Positions 26,027 to 38,296 of a stretch of DNA of 64,000 nt are shown here, one piece after another. The notes under the pieces were generated by a model, which was not told the origin of the DNA, did not search any database, and saw nothing but the letters and a program-made list of their open reading frames with translations. Position numbers and translations under genes: made by a program. The stretch is from Tubiluchus corallicola (lineage: Eukaryota; Animalia; Priapulida), in NCBI GenBank assembly GCA_030141605.1, contig JAQGDQ010002371.1:682001-746000 (forward strand), given 5' to 3'. Position 1 is the stretch's first letter. Every line of letters starts with the position of its first letter.

Positions 26027-29000
26027 TCAACTTCCCAATTCATCGCACACATCTTCATTAGAATACTGCACTGATGATGGTTTAATAAACTTCCCTTGTA
26101 TGAAGACACGTGGTACTCTTAAACCCTCTTTTTTGTTGATGGTTTCTCTGAGCAAATATTCATTCACAGACTCTAAGAAGTTGACAGAGGTAAACAGGGT
26201 CGCAATAACTTCTGCAATGAATCATAAACTTGAATAAACAAAGGTGCCATTGCAATGTTTTGCTATAACAGCCTTTAACTATTCACGATTAGTTTCACAT
26301 CTGAGGTGATCAAGTAATCATCCTACTTCATTAAGCTTATTCAGCAGGACTATGCAGACAGAGTGCTAAGTTACAAGTATAAAAATGGGAGGTCTAAATA
26401 CATGTGACTAGATGCTAATATAGTTTATGATGACAAATGTGGTGAATTTCTAAATTCTTCGTATAATAAAATTTAAGATTACGAAATAAAAAAACAACAT
26501 CCAGAAATCTGATACCACACAACATGCCAGTTATACGGATTAATATCATGGAAATTGCATTTTGTCAGAAAAACTTTGACATTCATAAAGTTTTGGTATC
26601 ACACCTTACCCAAGCTACCGAATTTGGACGTGTCATGATGGAAAATCATAACAATCAATATTACACTTCATTATAAAAAATGAAAGCCTTACATACATTA
26701 CCCTTAGAAAAATAGTAGACGCGAGTACCATCTTGACGAACATAAAAGTTCTCGGCTAGTTTGTGACCAGAGCTGAATCTCAATTGAGCATAATCATACA
26801 GACCATAATCACGAAAAAGCAAGCAGCCACCTGGCTTTAAAACCTACATAAAAATGTCTTTATAACATTTACAAACAGCTACCCCTATATTACAATGAAA
26901 AAATGGTGCATGTGTAACAGGTTATGCTTCAAATTTATATTTCAATTACTACATTTCCAGGTATTTTGCACTTACATAAATTTTATCTACTGGATGACCT
27001 TACCACTAAGAGCCCATTTCTAGCACCTGACTACGTTATAGGATAGATAATACATAATACAGTATAGATAGACATTAAAAAAGAATACTAGGCATTTACC
27101 ATTAAAACACAAAAATATTTTGAACTATCTAATTTCCATTCTATCTAATTTGTATTCCAAACGAGAGTTTTCTTTCAAAATGAGACAATAAGTTCAACTG
27201 CAAGAAGGGTCTTACCTGAAATAAATTTTTCAAGACAGAAAGCATCTTGTTGGGGTGAATAGCTGATAGCACAAATATCATTGTGATAATATCTAAGCTG
27301 TTTGCAGGAATTTCTTCTGTTAGTGAAGTGGATGTCAAATCACACTCAAATGCATAAATCTTTGCTTCATTATACAGAGGATTTTCCTAAAAAAAAGGCT
27401 AATTAGCAGAATGTAAAACTTTCTCCCACCGATGGACAACTTGTCTGAGTCAGGTTTTCAAAAAAGCAGCTTGAGGTGGGATTTTGACAGACTATTTAAG
27501 GTCAATAAACTTATGAGGCCACTTGAATCCTAAAGCTTACAAACTAATAGTGTCATACCTAACACAAACTGTAGCCTCTGTTTCTAGAGAACTGATTAAT
27601 TAGAATGGGACACGTAGCAAAAAGAAGCAGCAACTTTAGCTAGTCATCATTAAAGCTAATGCTTACTGAAATGCAAAATAATGATGTATAGATAGTTGAC
27701 ATCAGCAACTAAGCACAATTTATAGAGGTAAAAGTTTTTTGTTATTTCAAAACTCTTAAACAGTTTTCAAATGATATTAATTACAAGATTACTCATTATA
27801 TGCACATACATATTATATAACTATACATGCATTAGCATACAATAACACAAAACCTTTAACTCTCTTATAAATACTTTTGTTTTATGCCTCAAAATAATTC
27901 ATTTATCAACAGAATCTATGAGCTACATATAGGCCTACTTAAAGAATTGATATGTAATTTTAACATACTGCAGTAATCTACATAATGTTAAGATTCCTTT
28001 CCTCAACATCCAAGATCTCTAGCTCATATAACACCCAGAGTGGCACCGCTAAGAATAAGGTCCATATAAGTCTAGCGGCTACTGAGTATTGATGTGATGC
28101 CTTCATGTAAGACATTGTGAAACTTAGACAATAAATCCCTACTTTAGCAATTTCATCCTCAAATCAGCAATCATAGACCACCATTACAAGTACTTTACCT
28201 ACCTTGACAAATTTAACAGCTCGTGGAGAAAGATCACAGGCATAGATGAATAAATCTAGCCCATCTTGAAGAAGTGGAAATATCAAGTTGCCAACTCCAC
28301 AGCCAACTTCTAAAAGTGAATTCCTAGAAGAATTGTCCTGAAAATAATGTACAAAAAGATCTGTTATTATTAGCACACTTAGCACACAAAGTTGTTTGTT
28401 TAGTAAAATTAAACTGATAGATGTATGTGTCTACTGTCTAGTATCTAAAATGATCTGCTAAACAGTAAATAGATCACTATTCATTACTACCTAAAAAGAA
28501 ATAACACCACTTCTAGTTACTGTACAGATGTTTTTCTGAGATTACATTTATCTTGTTTCCAGTAAACTATAAGCAAAAGCTATTTTTCTAATAAAAAATT
28601 GACGACATCAAATGGATCACAACTCACTGTCACTTATGACCTAAGATATCTCAAGCGCAAATATTGCTTTAACAACACTTTACAATACATTAAAAATTAT
28701 TACATCACAAGCCTAATTTTGTTAGTTTTTCAATATCACACCAACTGACATGATTGCAGCAATTTGTACGTTAATAATGCCTGTTTTTCAGATTCGTGAG
28801 GTAAGATTGACAGACACCCAGATAACTATAAAATCAAAGTTCGAAGTTCTAGAAAGCCTAGTTAAAAGTGAATGTTAGCCAAACAAAAAATTTAAAATTT
28901 GATATTGTAAATTCAAAATTTGCCAAGTTTTTATGTTTTACTATCAATGCGATGCAGCAATGTCATATTGCAGTCTTCCCTTTCATAAATTTCAGCGAAA

Positions 29001-29809
29001 AGCACATAAAAGATTTGCGACTCCGGAAAATTATACCAAATTGCAATGTCTTCATTATTGGCACAACTGCTAATTAAATCTTTAAACTAATATTTAAATA
29101 TAAAAAGTACTTTGGACTTTTAGAAGATTATTATAAGTAATTAAACACAAAATTAAGCATGTATTTTAGATCATAACTTAAAAACAACTATGATTTAAAA
29201 GACTATCTTACTGTACTTAACGTTAAAACTTCAGATATAAGGTTAAACTCTGTGTTAAAGGAAGTCACATTTTGTTTATACCTTTATCTCTAATTACAAA
29301 CCTGACCAAAAAATAATGTTAATGACATTATCTATATAAAAAAAACTACACCAAGATGTTGCAACATACAATACTTATTATAACACTAATGAGTTTGTGC
29401 ATGAACTATTAAGAACCAAGACTTCTGCCAACAAAGTTAGCAAAAATTTGATGAATCTCTTGTTACCAGAAAGACATCACACTATCAAGACAACACTCTC
29501 TATAGGCTTAGTGCAGCTTTTACGAAGGCTGCCTACCTTTTTTGAAGGACCAAGTAATTCTTTGAATTCTCTGGTTGTCCAGTGTCTGTCTTTGAAAAAT
29601 TTGGTAGAATTTCTTTTGTAAAAAATGTCCCAGTGTCGTTTAGCATCCTGTTCGAGTTTTTTCTGCTTGAATTGTGAAACAATGGTTTTATCACTTCTGA
29701 GCTTTAGCAGCTCAGCTTCTGATAAAACTCTGGCACTGCTAGGAAAATCCTGGCCCTTCAACTCAGTAAAAAAGGCAGGAATATTGTTTTCTTTGAAATG
29801 TTCAGCCAT
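26027..29809 (-). CDS. METTL6: tRNA N3-methylcytidine methyltransferase METTL6-like, 5 coding exons
   Basis: Exons 29809-29537, 28337-28203, 27386-27216, 26843-26702, 26211-26027; GT-AG and in frame. Motifs [33 protein letters not shown] (SAM binding), [57 protein letters not shown] favours METTL6 over METTL2/8. Confidence 0.93.
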
Positions 29810-30063
29810 TCAATAGCAAATACCTAATGGCACATTAGAAGCTATCAACCACCTACGAAAAGAACAAAGAATGAGAGTAAAAAATGCAATGTTTAACAAA
29901 TAGAGGAGTGATGCCAATGTGGAGTCTTCCAAGCAGAGAAGATGAAGCATACCCAACAGCATCTTAAGACTACATTCTACCTTTTATTCACTTTTTATTC
30001 ATTTAAAAAAACCTGTCCACATCCTCAGACCTACTAATAATATCACTAACAAGTAATTACAGT

Positions 30064-30741
30064 CAGGGACGTTACCTCTGATAATTGCACTTTCGGTTCA
30101 GTTTTGTTTTTGTCGAAAATTATTAAGTTTTGTAGCCGAAACTTTCGGTAATTTTCGGCAGCATTTTTCAGGGTTTTAGTAGTATTTATCCAGCTTACCT
30201 TTTTTTGTCCTAGATGTTAAAAATCACTGACAAATTTTGGCTAAAATAGTTCAAATAAAGCGTGAATATCATTTATTTAACCTTTTTAACCATTTACAGA
30301 TGCTTTTTACAGCAACATGGCATATCTCAGGGCTGACAACTGTGATATTCAGGTCTCCAGGCACAATCAGCCAAAATATAAAAGCGTAATTTGAATAAAA
30401 TCAAGTTTAATTTTATAATTACAAAATATAGGCAACAAAATATTTACAAAATAACATTTGTCAATTTCTTTGAAGCTTCATGATCTTTGATCTTTAGCCA
30501 TAAACACTGTTCTACTTTTCTGGTTAGGATTTTTTGTTTAGCTACTTCAACAAGCTTGTACCAAAGGAAATATAAGCAAACAAGCAAAAACAAAGTGTTT
30601 TAATTATTTCAGATTTTTTTCAGTTTTCATAGTAGTTGGCTCTGCAAAAATGACTTTGGTTCAGTTTCCTTTTGGTATAGGTTTCCTGCATTTCATAAAT
30701 TTTGGTTTCGGTTTGTAATTTCAGTTTCAGTAACATCCCTG
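30064..30741. mobile_element. hAT-type MITE
   Basis: Termini CAGGGACGTTAC / GTAACATCCCTG (11 of 12 inverted match), flanked by a perfect 8-bp direct repeat ATTACAGT (30056-30063, 30742-30749); subterminal TTTCGGTT-like repeats. Confidence 0.88.
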
Positions 30742-33622
30742 ATTACAGTCGGACAGTACCTAAACAGTATGAAGTTACTACTTAATAAATTATATTAACG
30801 ACTGAAGTTAATTTTGACATCTTTATCATTATAATAAAAGACAATTTATTGCTTATCCTCATAGATAATAATATCACTAAGTAATCTGTAGGTAGGCTAC
30901 AGTACTATTACCGGCAAAAGTTAGCACCGCCATGCTAGAGTGTACCCTCTTGCTATCATTGCATGCTTTCTTGATAGGTCTTGACATTTTTGCGTATTTT
31001 TGTGCCAATACTTTGCTAAAATGGTGATAAATTATTGTGCCTTCTGTTGCACAATGGAGTCAAAGCCAAAGAATGTGACATTACCTTTCACTGATAACAT
31101 ATTTTTTATTTGGCAAGTTTGGCACTTTGTTTGGTTTGCATAATTAATCGCACTTTGCATAATCTCATGTCTCTTCTTTGTTGCTGCATACGCATAATAA
31201 AATATTTTTTGTTAGGCATATTTTCTGCCTGATACATCTGTTATAATATAACTATATACCTGCTATGCTACTATGGGGAGACATCCTTAGAACTGATAAT
31301 GTAAACATATTTTTCTGGTTAATAAAACCTGAAAATGGTTAAAAGTTCGGTAAATTATAAAGAAAATATTTTCCTATCATAAACCAGCAGTTATTCGTGT
31401 GTCAACAGGGGAATATATGCTGCTGCTTTAATAGCAAAAATAGGTCGATGCTGCGTTCACGCAAAGGAACAAAAGTATAACTCATCCCACCGCGCGTTGC
31501 GTACATCCACCGATAGTTGTTTGAGTGAGTATAGCTTAACTAGCTTTACCTAGTAAAATATTATCTTTGACTATCCTATCTCTTTAAAAAAAACGCGATA
31601 TTTACTTCAGTTTGTTCAATTCTTGGTTAAATTTAAACAAATAGTATACGGCAGGAACATAATAATTTCTGCATGTGAGCCGCCATGACAGAAAAACCTT
31701 CGCCACCTGTTGTAGACTTGTACAATCGCTCGGAAGAGTGATTCTCACACTTTTTCGCAGCTTTGATTTGCTTTTACACACTTAACCTCCTTTTTTATTT
31801 CTTTTTTCTATTGTGACTTCAATAAGCTTTGCATTCTTTCAAAATTTATACCTAAATCATACACACTTATAACTTCTCTAATTTCTGTCCTCCAACTTCT
31901 GGGAATGTTTAAATCACATAATATTATACAAAATAGCATCTTTCAGCACTTCTTTTATTATCAGATAACAGCACACTTCGGTACCACATTAATTCTTTAT
32001 AATGTGTTATTTGCCTTAAAAGCCATACTGCCCAGATCATCATTCCTCCTCAGTAGCTCGTAGATATTTTCTGTTTTATCATACGTTTTGGGGCTACTTT
32101 CTGCCATTTTTATACTTTCTTCATTGTTTGTTTCTATCAATTCACCTCCATATTGAAAATTAAACTAGGATCATTGTTGTTGTGTCGTACAATAACCACC
32201 CTACTTTTATAGGCTCAGTTCATTCAGCATCAGATCGAGCTACTCCGATTCATAATACATGTATCATCATATTTTATTATGCCATGATGCTCCACTTTCT
32301 TACTTCTTTTCTCGCAGACATGTTATAACTTCCTGTTCCATTGATGTATTCAGGCCTATTTATATACGGCTGCCATTTTTAATTTTTGCTTTTTTAATAT
32401 TAAATACGTCAACACCTTTTATCTGGCTTTACTGACTACCATCTTTTGTGATTTTTCACAATTAATGTAAGACAGCACAGGTAAATTTAAAGCCTTTAAT
32501 CCTGTATGACATGTATGTACGTGTTGAGATCCACGATCAAATTCCCAAGTACCCAGCTTATGCTGCTATATATTATTATTGTTGTTGCTGTTGTTGTCGT
32601 TGTCATTGTTAACTAGTTGTTGTTGTTAACTTATCGTTGCTGTTTTGGAAAAAGCTAATTTTATAATTTTAAAATTTAATTATTAATGTTAGTTCAGTTA
32701 ATTTACATTAAAATTTGCTGTACGAAAATGCAGTATTCAAACAGTGCTAACTGCTAAGGTGTTACAAACGTACACTATTATAATTATTATTAAAATGGTA
32801 CATTACTGATACTTTTTGAGGCTCTATAACTTTTAACTTTTTTAAAAAAATGATAAAATTTATAATTACTTTACATTAGTCTTTGCAAAAATACGTCTTC
32901 GAACTGTAAAGCCTACGTTAAAACTTTTCTTTTGCAGGGTCTGACTGCTTAGCCTTAGAAAAACGTCATTCAGTCCTGTTTAAAGGATTTCTAAGTATCG
33001 TATCGAGTAAGCCTACATATGCTACGTATTTAGCTTTATGTTATCATATTATTCATAGAGAAGTTGATGTTGACTTTGACAAATTTTTTACCAAATTTAT
33101 CTTGCAATAGAACAAGGCAGAATCATTCTGTGAAGCTTTTCGTGCATCGAAGAGCTAAAGTATCATTTGGCTAATTTTTCTCAAATCAAGTTGTAGCGAT
33201 TTTGAACTCATTGCCTGCATATGTTGATGGTGGCCCTTCGTAACTGCACAAAATATTAAGTTATTTAAAAGTCGTTTATATAAAGCTAGCTTGCGTAAAA
33301 TCCTTGTACACAATAGGCAGTTCGTCTGTTTGTGTCTTTACCACACTCTTGTAAATTATATTTGTATGTTTTTTGCTAACGTGTTTTACATATATTGTTT
33401 TTATTGTATACTGTATTTTACTATTGGGTGTGAATAAAATAAATAAATAAATAAATAAATAAGCTATATAGTAACCTTTTACGTATGAGGTAATTATTAA
33501 AATCATATAGACCGAGTATCTGGCACTCATATGTAGGCGTCGAAACAAATGCAAATTGAAAAGAAATATTAACCATTTTGCGAGCACCGTACCTTTGTAC
33601 ATATAGCTTCCGAGTTTGTATT

Positions 33623-34537
33623 TGTTGGGAGCCGTTTGGACCACTGCGCCAAGTAGACCACTTGATGCGCTAAAAGTAGTGTCCTACATGGGCAGCCCAA
33701 GTAGGACACTAGCGATTTTTGTCGAGAAACTTGCTCTGGCAAAACTTGTTTCCAGTTTATATTACCATTGTTTATAAGTATTGTTATGACATAATAAAGC
33801 ATAAAACAAAATTTCTTTTAGAAATGGATATTCCTTGGCAATTTGCAAATGCATTTCTTACAATAATTTCATCATTATGATTAACTCCATTAATATATCA
33901 TAACATTAAACCTAGTATCTAATGCTTTAAAGAGAGAAATTCTGCACACAGTTATTACAGAAATAATTGCAAATTTAAAAATGAGACAGATGCTGCTAAG
34001 CCTTCACAACACCAAAAAGTAATTTTTAACATTTAAGAAAAGCAAGGATAATTAGTTTTAATATTATCAGTAGTATTGTAACATGTAGGGCACTGTCCTA
34101 CATGGCTCGCTAGCCCATGTAGGACACATAGATCGCTAGAACGTTTATTTATAAGAAAACAATTATTTGCCCAAGAGGTAGTGAAACGGATCACCTGTTT
34201 GTGAAGTGAGACAAAATCAAAAATGATATACCTTAAACAAATGTTGAATTCGCAAAAAAGTGGGGTTTTTTCACTTCAACAACATTAATATCGAAACCAA
34301 ATTTAATATTGTCCGTTCTACCAGCTCAGAATAAAATTCTTTTATTTTATTAGATGTATAATAAATTATTCAACGTGTATTAACGTTTTTAATTATTATT
34401 ATTACATAAACAAGCACAACGGACGGTGTCAGTACACTTAACGACTGAATTCACGACCTGTCTCTAGTGTCCTACTTGGGCTAGCCCAAGTAGACCAATT
34501 GGTCTACTTGGCGCAGTGGTCCAAACGGCTCCCAACA
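33623..34537. mobile_element. MITE with TGT...ACA termini and 5-bp TSD (Ginger-like)
   Basis: 38-bp perfect TIR TGTTGGGAGCCGTTTGGACCACTGCGCCAAGTAGACCA; GTATT on both flanks (33618-33622, 34538-34542); internal palindromic GTCCTAC...GTAG(G)AC repeats at ~33681, ~34095 and ~34468. Confidence 0.88.
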
Positions 34538-35920
34538 GTATTTATTTTGTGACTGATGACTGACTGTTAGTCATCTTGAGAGCAAATTGAAATCGATGCA
34601 GTTATTTTATCGTTTTTGTGATTTTTGCTTGTTTTAGAATTATTACGTAGTTTGACTAATCTAGATTTTGTGCTGTTTATGGTAATTAAGTTAAATTAAA
34701 AGTTAAGTGTAAGTACTATGTGCGGATTCGCCATAAATTTTGTTTAATGGTTAAATTTATAGGGTATGCGAGATTACTTATTTGGTATCATTGTGTGAAC
34801 TACATTCAGTCCTTTGTAAAAATGTAACCAAATAGTCTGTAATATTATTTTTAGGAAATAAATAACTTACTTATATAAGGAGTGTCATAATAAGTTATTG
34901 CACCACACATTTCTTTAAATTTTCTCCTTGTCATCCTGATTTTGTGCTAATAAAAGGATGTTTTTGTATTTTCTCTTTCCACTGCTCAACTGCAAGTAAG
35001 TAGTGACTACACATTGCTTGTTGTTAGTAATTAACGAATTATGTTAATTACTTCGTCTCTCCGTTACTTGTCCTTCTGTTACTAAAAAGTGCAAAATTAC
35101 TTTTTAATTTTTGATTCTATAATTCTTAGAGACTAGCATTTTCTTAAAAAGAAAAGTGTGTTGCTGCCAGGGCCGGCTCTACTGCTCGACAAACTAGACA
35201 GTTACCTAGGACGTCAAGCAGTTCTTTAATTTTTAAGTCTAGCATAAGTATTAATACTATTCATGTGAAATTTTAAGTACACAACACCTTAACCAAATGA
35301 ACCAAACTACATCATTTTTGGATTTCCTGTCAAAATGTAAGATTCATCGATGCTAGCAAGTATTTTTCCTAAGACTACGTCACACACTACTGATGCTTTT
35401 CTCTGCTTTCTGCTTGCAGTTTCTATCGTATGCATACAGCTGCAGGAAGTGCATATAGTAATGATTTTTCTGTTAAAAAAGTTTTTTTATATAGCAAATA
35501 AACTTATAAGAATCAAAGTCTTCAGTTTACTAAATTGCAAGGAACAACAAGTTTATAGTAACACAGTGTAGAGTGACTATGATGTTAATTTAGTCCCTCA
35601 ATCCATTACTTTATAGCATAACCTAGCAACTCTTAAGCACATTGTTCTAGGAGGGTTTATACTTTCATTCAGGTGCCACAGTCTCTCTATTACTGCTTGA
35701 GTTTGCCCACATATAAGTACAGCGAGGGTTCCTAGTGGGACGCCACTTTTTTCCTCGATTTTTATTTTTTCGCAAGACGTGTGCTTGGCACTAAATTCGA
35801 AGTGTTTCAATGCTAGCGAAACACAAATTTATCATACCATTTATAAAACAAGCCTGTTAAAACAAGGCTTCTGAATATTACAAGGAAATTCCAAAGCCCG
35901 CTAAGTCTTAGTCTTAAATA

Positions 35921-37017
35921 ATGTATTTAAACCGTGCTTACAGCAAGCTCTGATATTACAAAATATTGCTTATTATCAGGGAATTTTCTGGCCCCATGAT
36001 TGTATTTACCCTGCATATAACGAGCGCGAGTTCCAAAACACTGTGTTATGTGTATCAACTGTCAAGTACAGCACAATCATTCAGATGTGCTGGTGAGTCA
36101 ACAGCTTAGTACAAACGCTGCTGTAATTATAACCTATAGACTGCAGGTAGAATGAAGCGAGCAGGATGAGTCAGAAAAACAACAAGTTTGTCAACGTGTT
36201 AGGAAGCTATCAGATGACAGTAAACAGTCAACTTGACAGCTCCTTAAATAAAGTGTTGCAAATTTAATGTGATGCAGACAACAACGACCAAAGCTGTTCT
36301 GCTTTGCAAAATAAATAATTCTGAGACTTTGCAAAGTTTAATTTTTAATAAAAATACCATTTTAAAATAGCACAGTGCTTTTATTTATAATTAAAGGAGT
36401 GTAGAGTTAATTATTAGACAACGTTTCAGCCCATGATGAAATGCTCATAATCAGTTATACTAAGCCTGTGCAGCTATTTAAATAAAAAAAAAACCAGCTT
36501 GCTAGAGTGCAGAGTTAATTATTAGGCAATGTTTCAGCCCATGATGAAATGCTCATAATCAGTTATACTAAGCCTGTACAGCTATTTAAATAAAAAAACC
36601 AGCTATGCTTTCCGCCCACGCAGACATCCAGGCTCTTGCGCCGTTAACACCCACACAAAGCACTCAAATGTCTGCAAATGTCGCAATGAATGACAGTTGT
36701 GGTTTAGAAAAACAACTCGCTCAGTACTTTTATGCAGGTATTTATTGCATAAAATACTGCCTCTGTAATAGAAATAATAGAGTTTAGAGTTTACTCTTTC
36801 ATGATGAAATATTTGCTGAACAGTGGCACTCATTAGAAAACTTATGCCAGTCTCAAAAGAAAGTGCTATGTCATCGTTTCATATCAGCCTTATGGGTTTC
36901 ATTTCTATATAGCACACCCACTCACTCGGACAATTTGCCTCGGCTATAACGAGACTCTGTTATAGCGAGCAAATTTCGGCAGTCCCTTGAAACTCGTTAT
37001 AAATGGAATATACTCTA
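35921..37017. mobile_element. Degenerate Tc1/mariner (pogo-like) MITE; a second copy lies at +4888
   Basis: Right end CTCGTTATAAATGGAATATACTCTA with repeated TATAACGAG / TATAGCGAG motifs; the left end is only weakly complementary. Confidence 0.35.
36397..36604. repeat. 108-bp tandem dimer; a second copy lies at 41285-41492
   Basis: Units begin GAGTG(T/C)AGAGTTAATTATTAG at 36397 and 36505 and end in A-run + CCAGCT. Confidence 0.9.
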
Positions 37018-37624
37018 TTTGTATCTTCCTAGTCAGTAGTGGATTTTAACAGCAAGTCTACCAGGGTCAGTGGACCTTTAATTGATAAAAGACTGTGCTC
37101 GATAATGTATTTTCTTTATCGGCAAAAGGCAGTATAAATTATTAATACTAAAGGGGCATTAGTTTTAAATTCAACTCTTTTTCCTAAGTTGGTTCACATT
37201 TTTGTTTTGAGTTTTTTCCTTTATGTTAATCCCATTACTGCATGCAATTTGGGAGCACATCCACAAGTATAACCAGAAAAGGATCAAAAGTCAAAACCAG
37301 TGACTGTGGCATCTAGTGAGCCTTCTAATAAAGGCTAATTACAAGTCCAACAATTTATTTTAGTTAAGTATATTCGACTTAAGTCAACGATGTTTACGAT
37401 ATGCATGCCCATTAAGCTGATATAATTGTGTTGTATAAATTAAGTTTACTGTCACTCCGATACACATTTTTGTATGTATTAAATACTTAACTTTTATCAG
37501 TTGTGCAGAATAATCTTTTAGAAAACTGATTTACATGCTTTTGCATTTGAGTAGGAATGTTTGTAACCAATAGTTTTATATTTACAGATACATTTGCAAG
37601 TAAAAGTTTTCTACCACTGTCAAA

Positions 37625-38296
37625 ATGGATTGGTTATTTGGTCGAAGGAAAACACCAGAAGAAATGCTGAGGCAAAACCAGCGTGCCCTCAATAAAGCCA
37701 TGAGAGAATTAGACCGTGAGCGTACAAAAATGGAACAATCAGAAAAGAAGATTATAGCTGATATAAAGAAAATGGCTAAGCAAGGACAAATGGATGCAGT
37801 TAAAATAATGGCAAAGGACCTGGTTCGAACTCGTCGTTATTGTAAAAAATTTATGTTGATGAGAGCAAATATTCAGGCTGTGTCACTCAAAATTCAAACA
37901 TTGAAATCGACAAATTCCATGGCTCAAGCTATGAAAGGTGTTACAAAAGCAATGACAAATATGAACAAGCAAATGAAGCTGCCTCAAATTCAAAAGATTA
38001 TGATGGAATTTGAAAAGCAGTCTGAAATTATGGATATGAAAGAGGAGATGATGGCTGATGTAATCGATGATGCAATGGGCGATGAGGAAGATGAAGAAGA
38101 AAGTGACGCTGTTGTTGCACAAGTATTGGATGAACTTGGTCTGCAAATGACAGATGAACTTTCCTCACTCCCACAGGCAGCTGGATCACTGAAAGCATCA
38201 ACACTGCCAGGAGCACAACAGCCTGTGGCAGCCGGAGGAACTCCTGATGCAGATGATGATCTACAAGCCAGATTAAATAATCTCAGGAGAGAGTGA
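37625..38296 (+). CDS. CHMP2A: Charged multivesicular body protein 2A (ESCRT-III, Vps2), single coding exon, copy 1
   Basis: 223 aa: MDWLFGRRKTPEEMLRQNQRALNKAMRELDRER...MAKDLVRTRRY...C-terminal MIM1 motif DDDLQARLNNLRRE; splice acceptor TTTACAG ends at 37587. Confidence 0.97.
   Translation: MDWLFGRRKTPEEMLRQNQRALNKAMRELDRERTKMEQSEKKIIADIKKMAKQGQMDAVKIMAKDLVRTRRYCKKFMLMRANIQAVSLKIQTLKSTNSMAQAMKGVTKAMTNMNKQMKLPQIQKIMMEFEKQSEIMDMKEEMMADVIDDAMGDEEDEEESDAVVAQVLDELGLQMTDELSSLPQAAGSLKASTLPGAQQPVAAGGTPDADDDLQARLNNLRRE

Noticed and set aside
31750-32640. Purine-rich minus-strand stretch resembling decayed LINE coding sequence next to a (TTG)n tract
   Set aside because: No diagnostic motif could be recovered by eye.
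35168-35220. CAGGGCCGGCTCTA, a hAT-like terminus
   Set aside because: No matching opposite end or TSD found.
37883-38216. Antisense ORFs over CHMP2A, and similar ones over pol and the LINE RT
   Set aside because: Shadow ORFs of real coding sequence.
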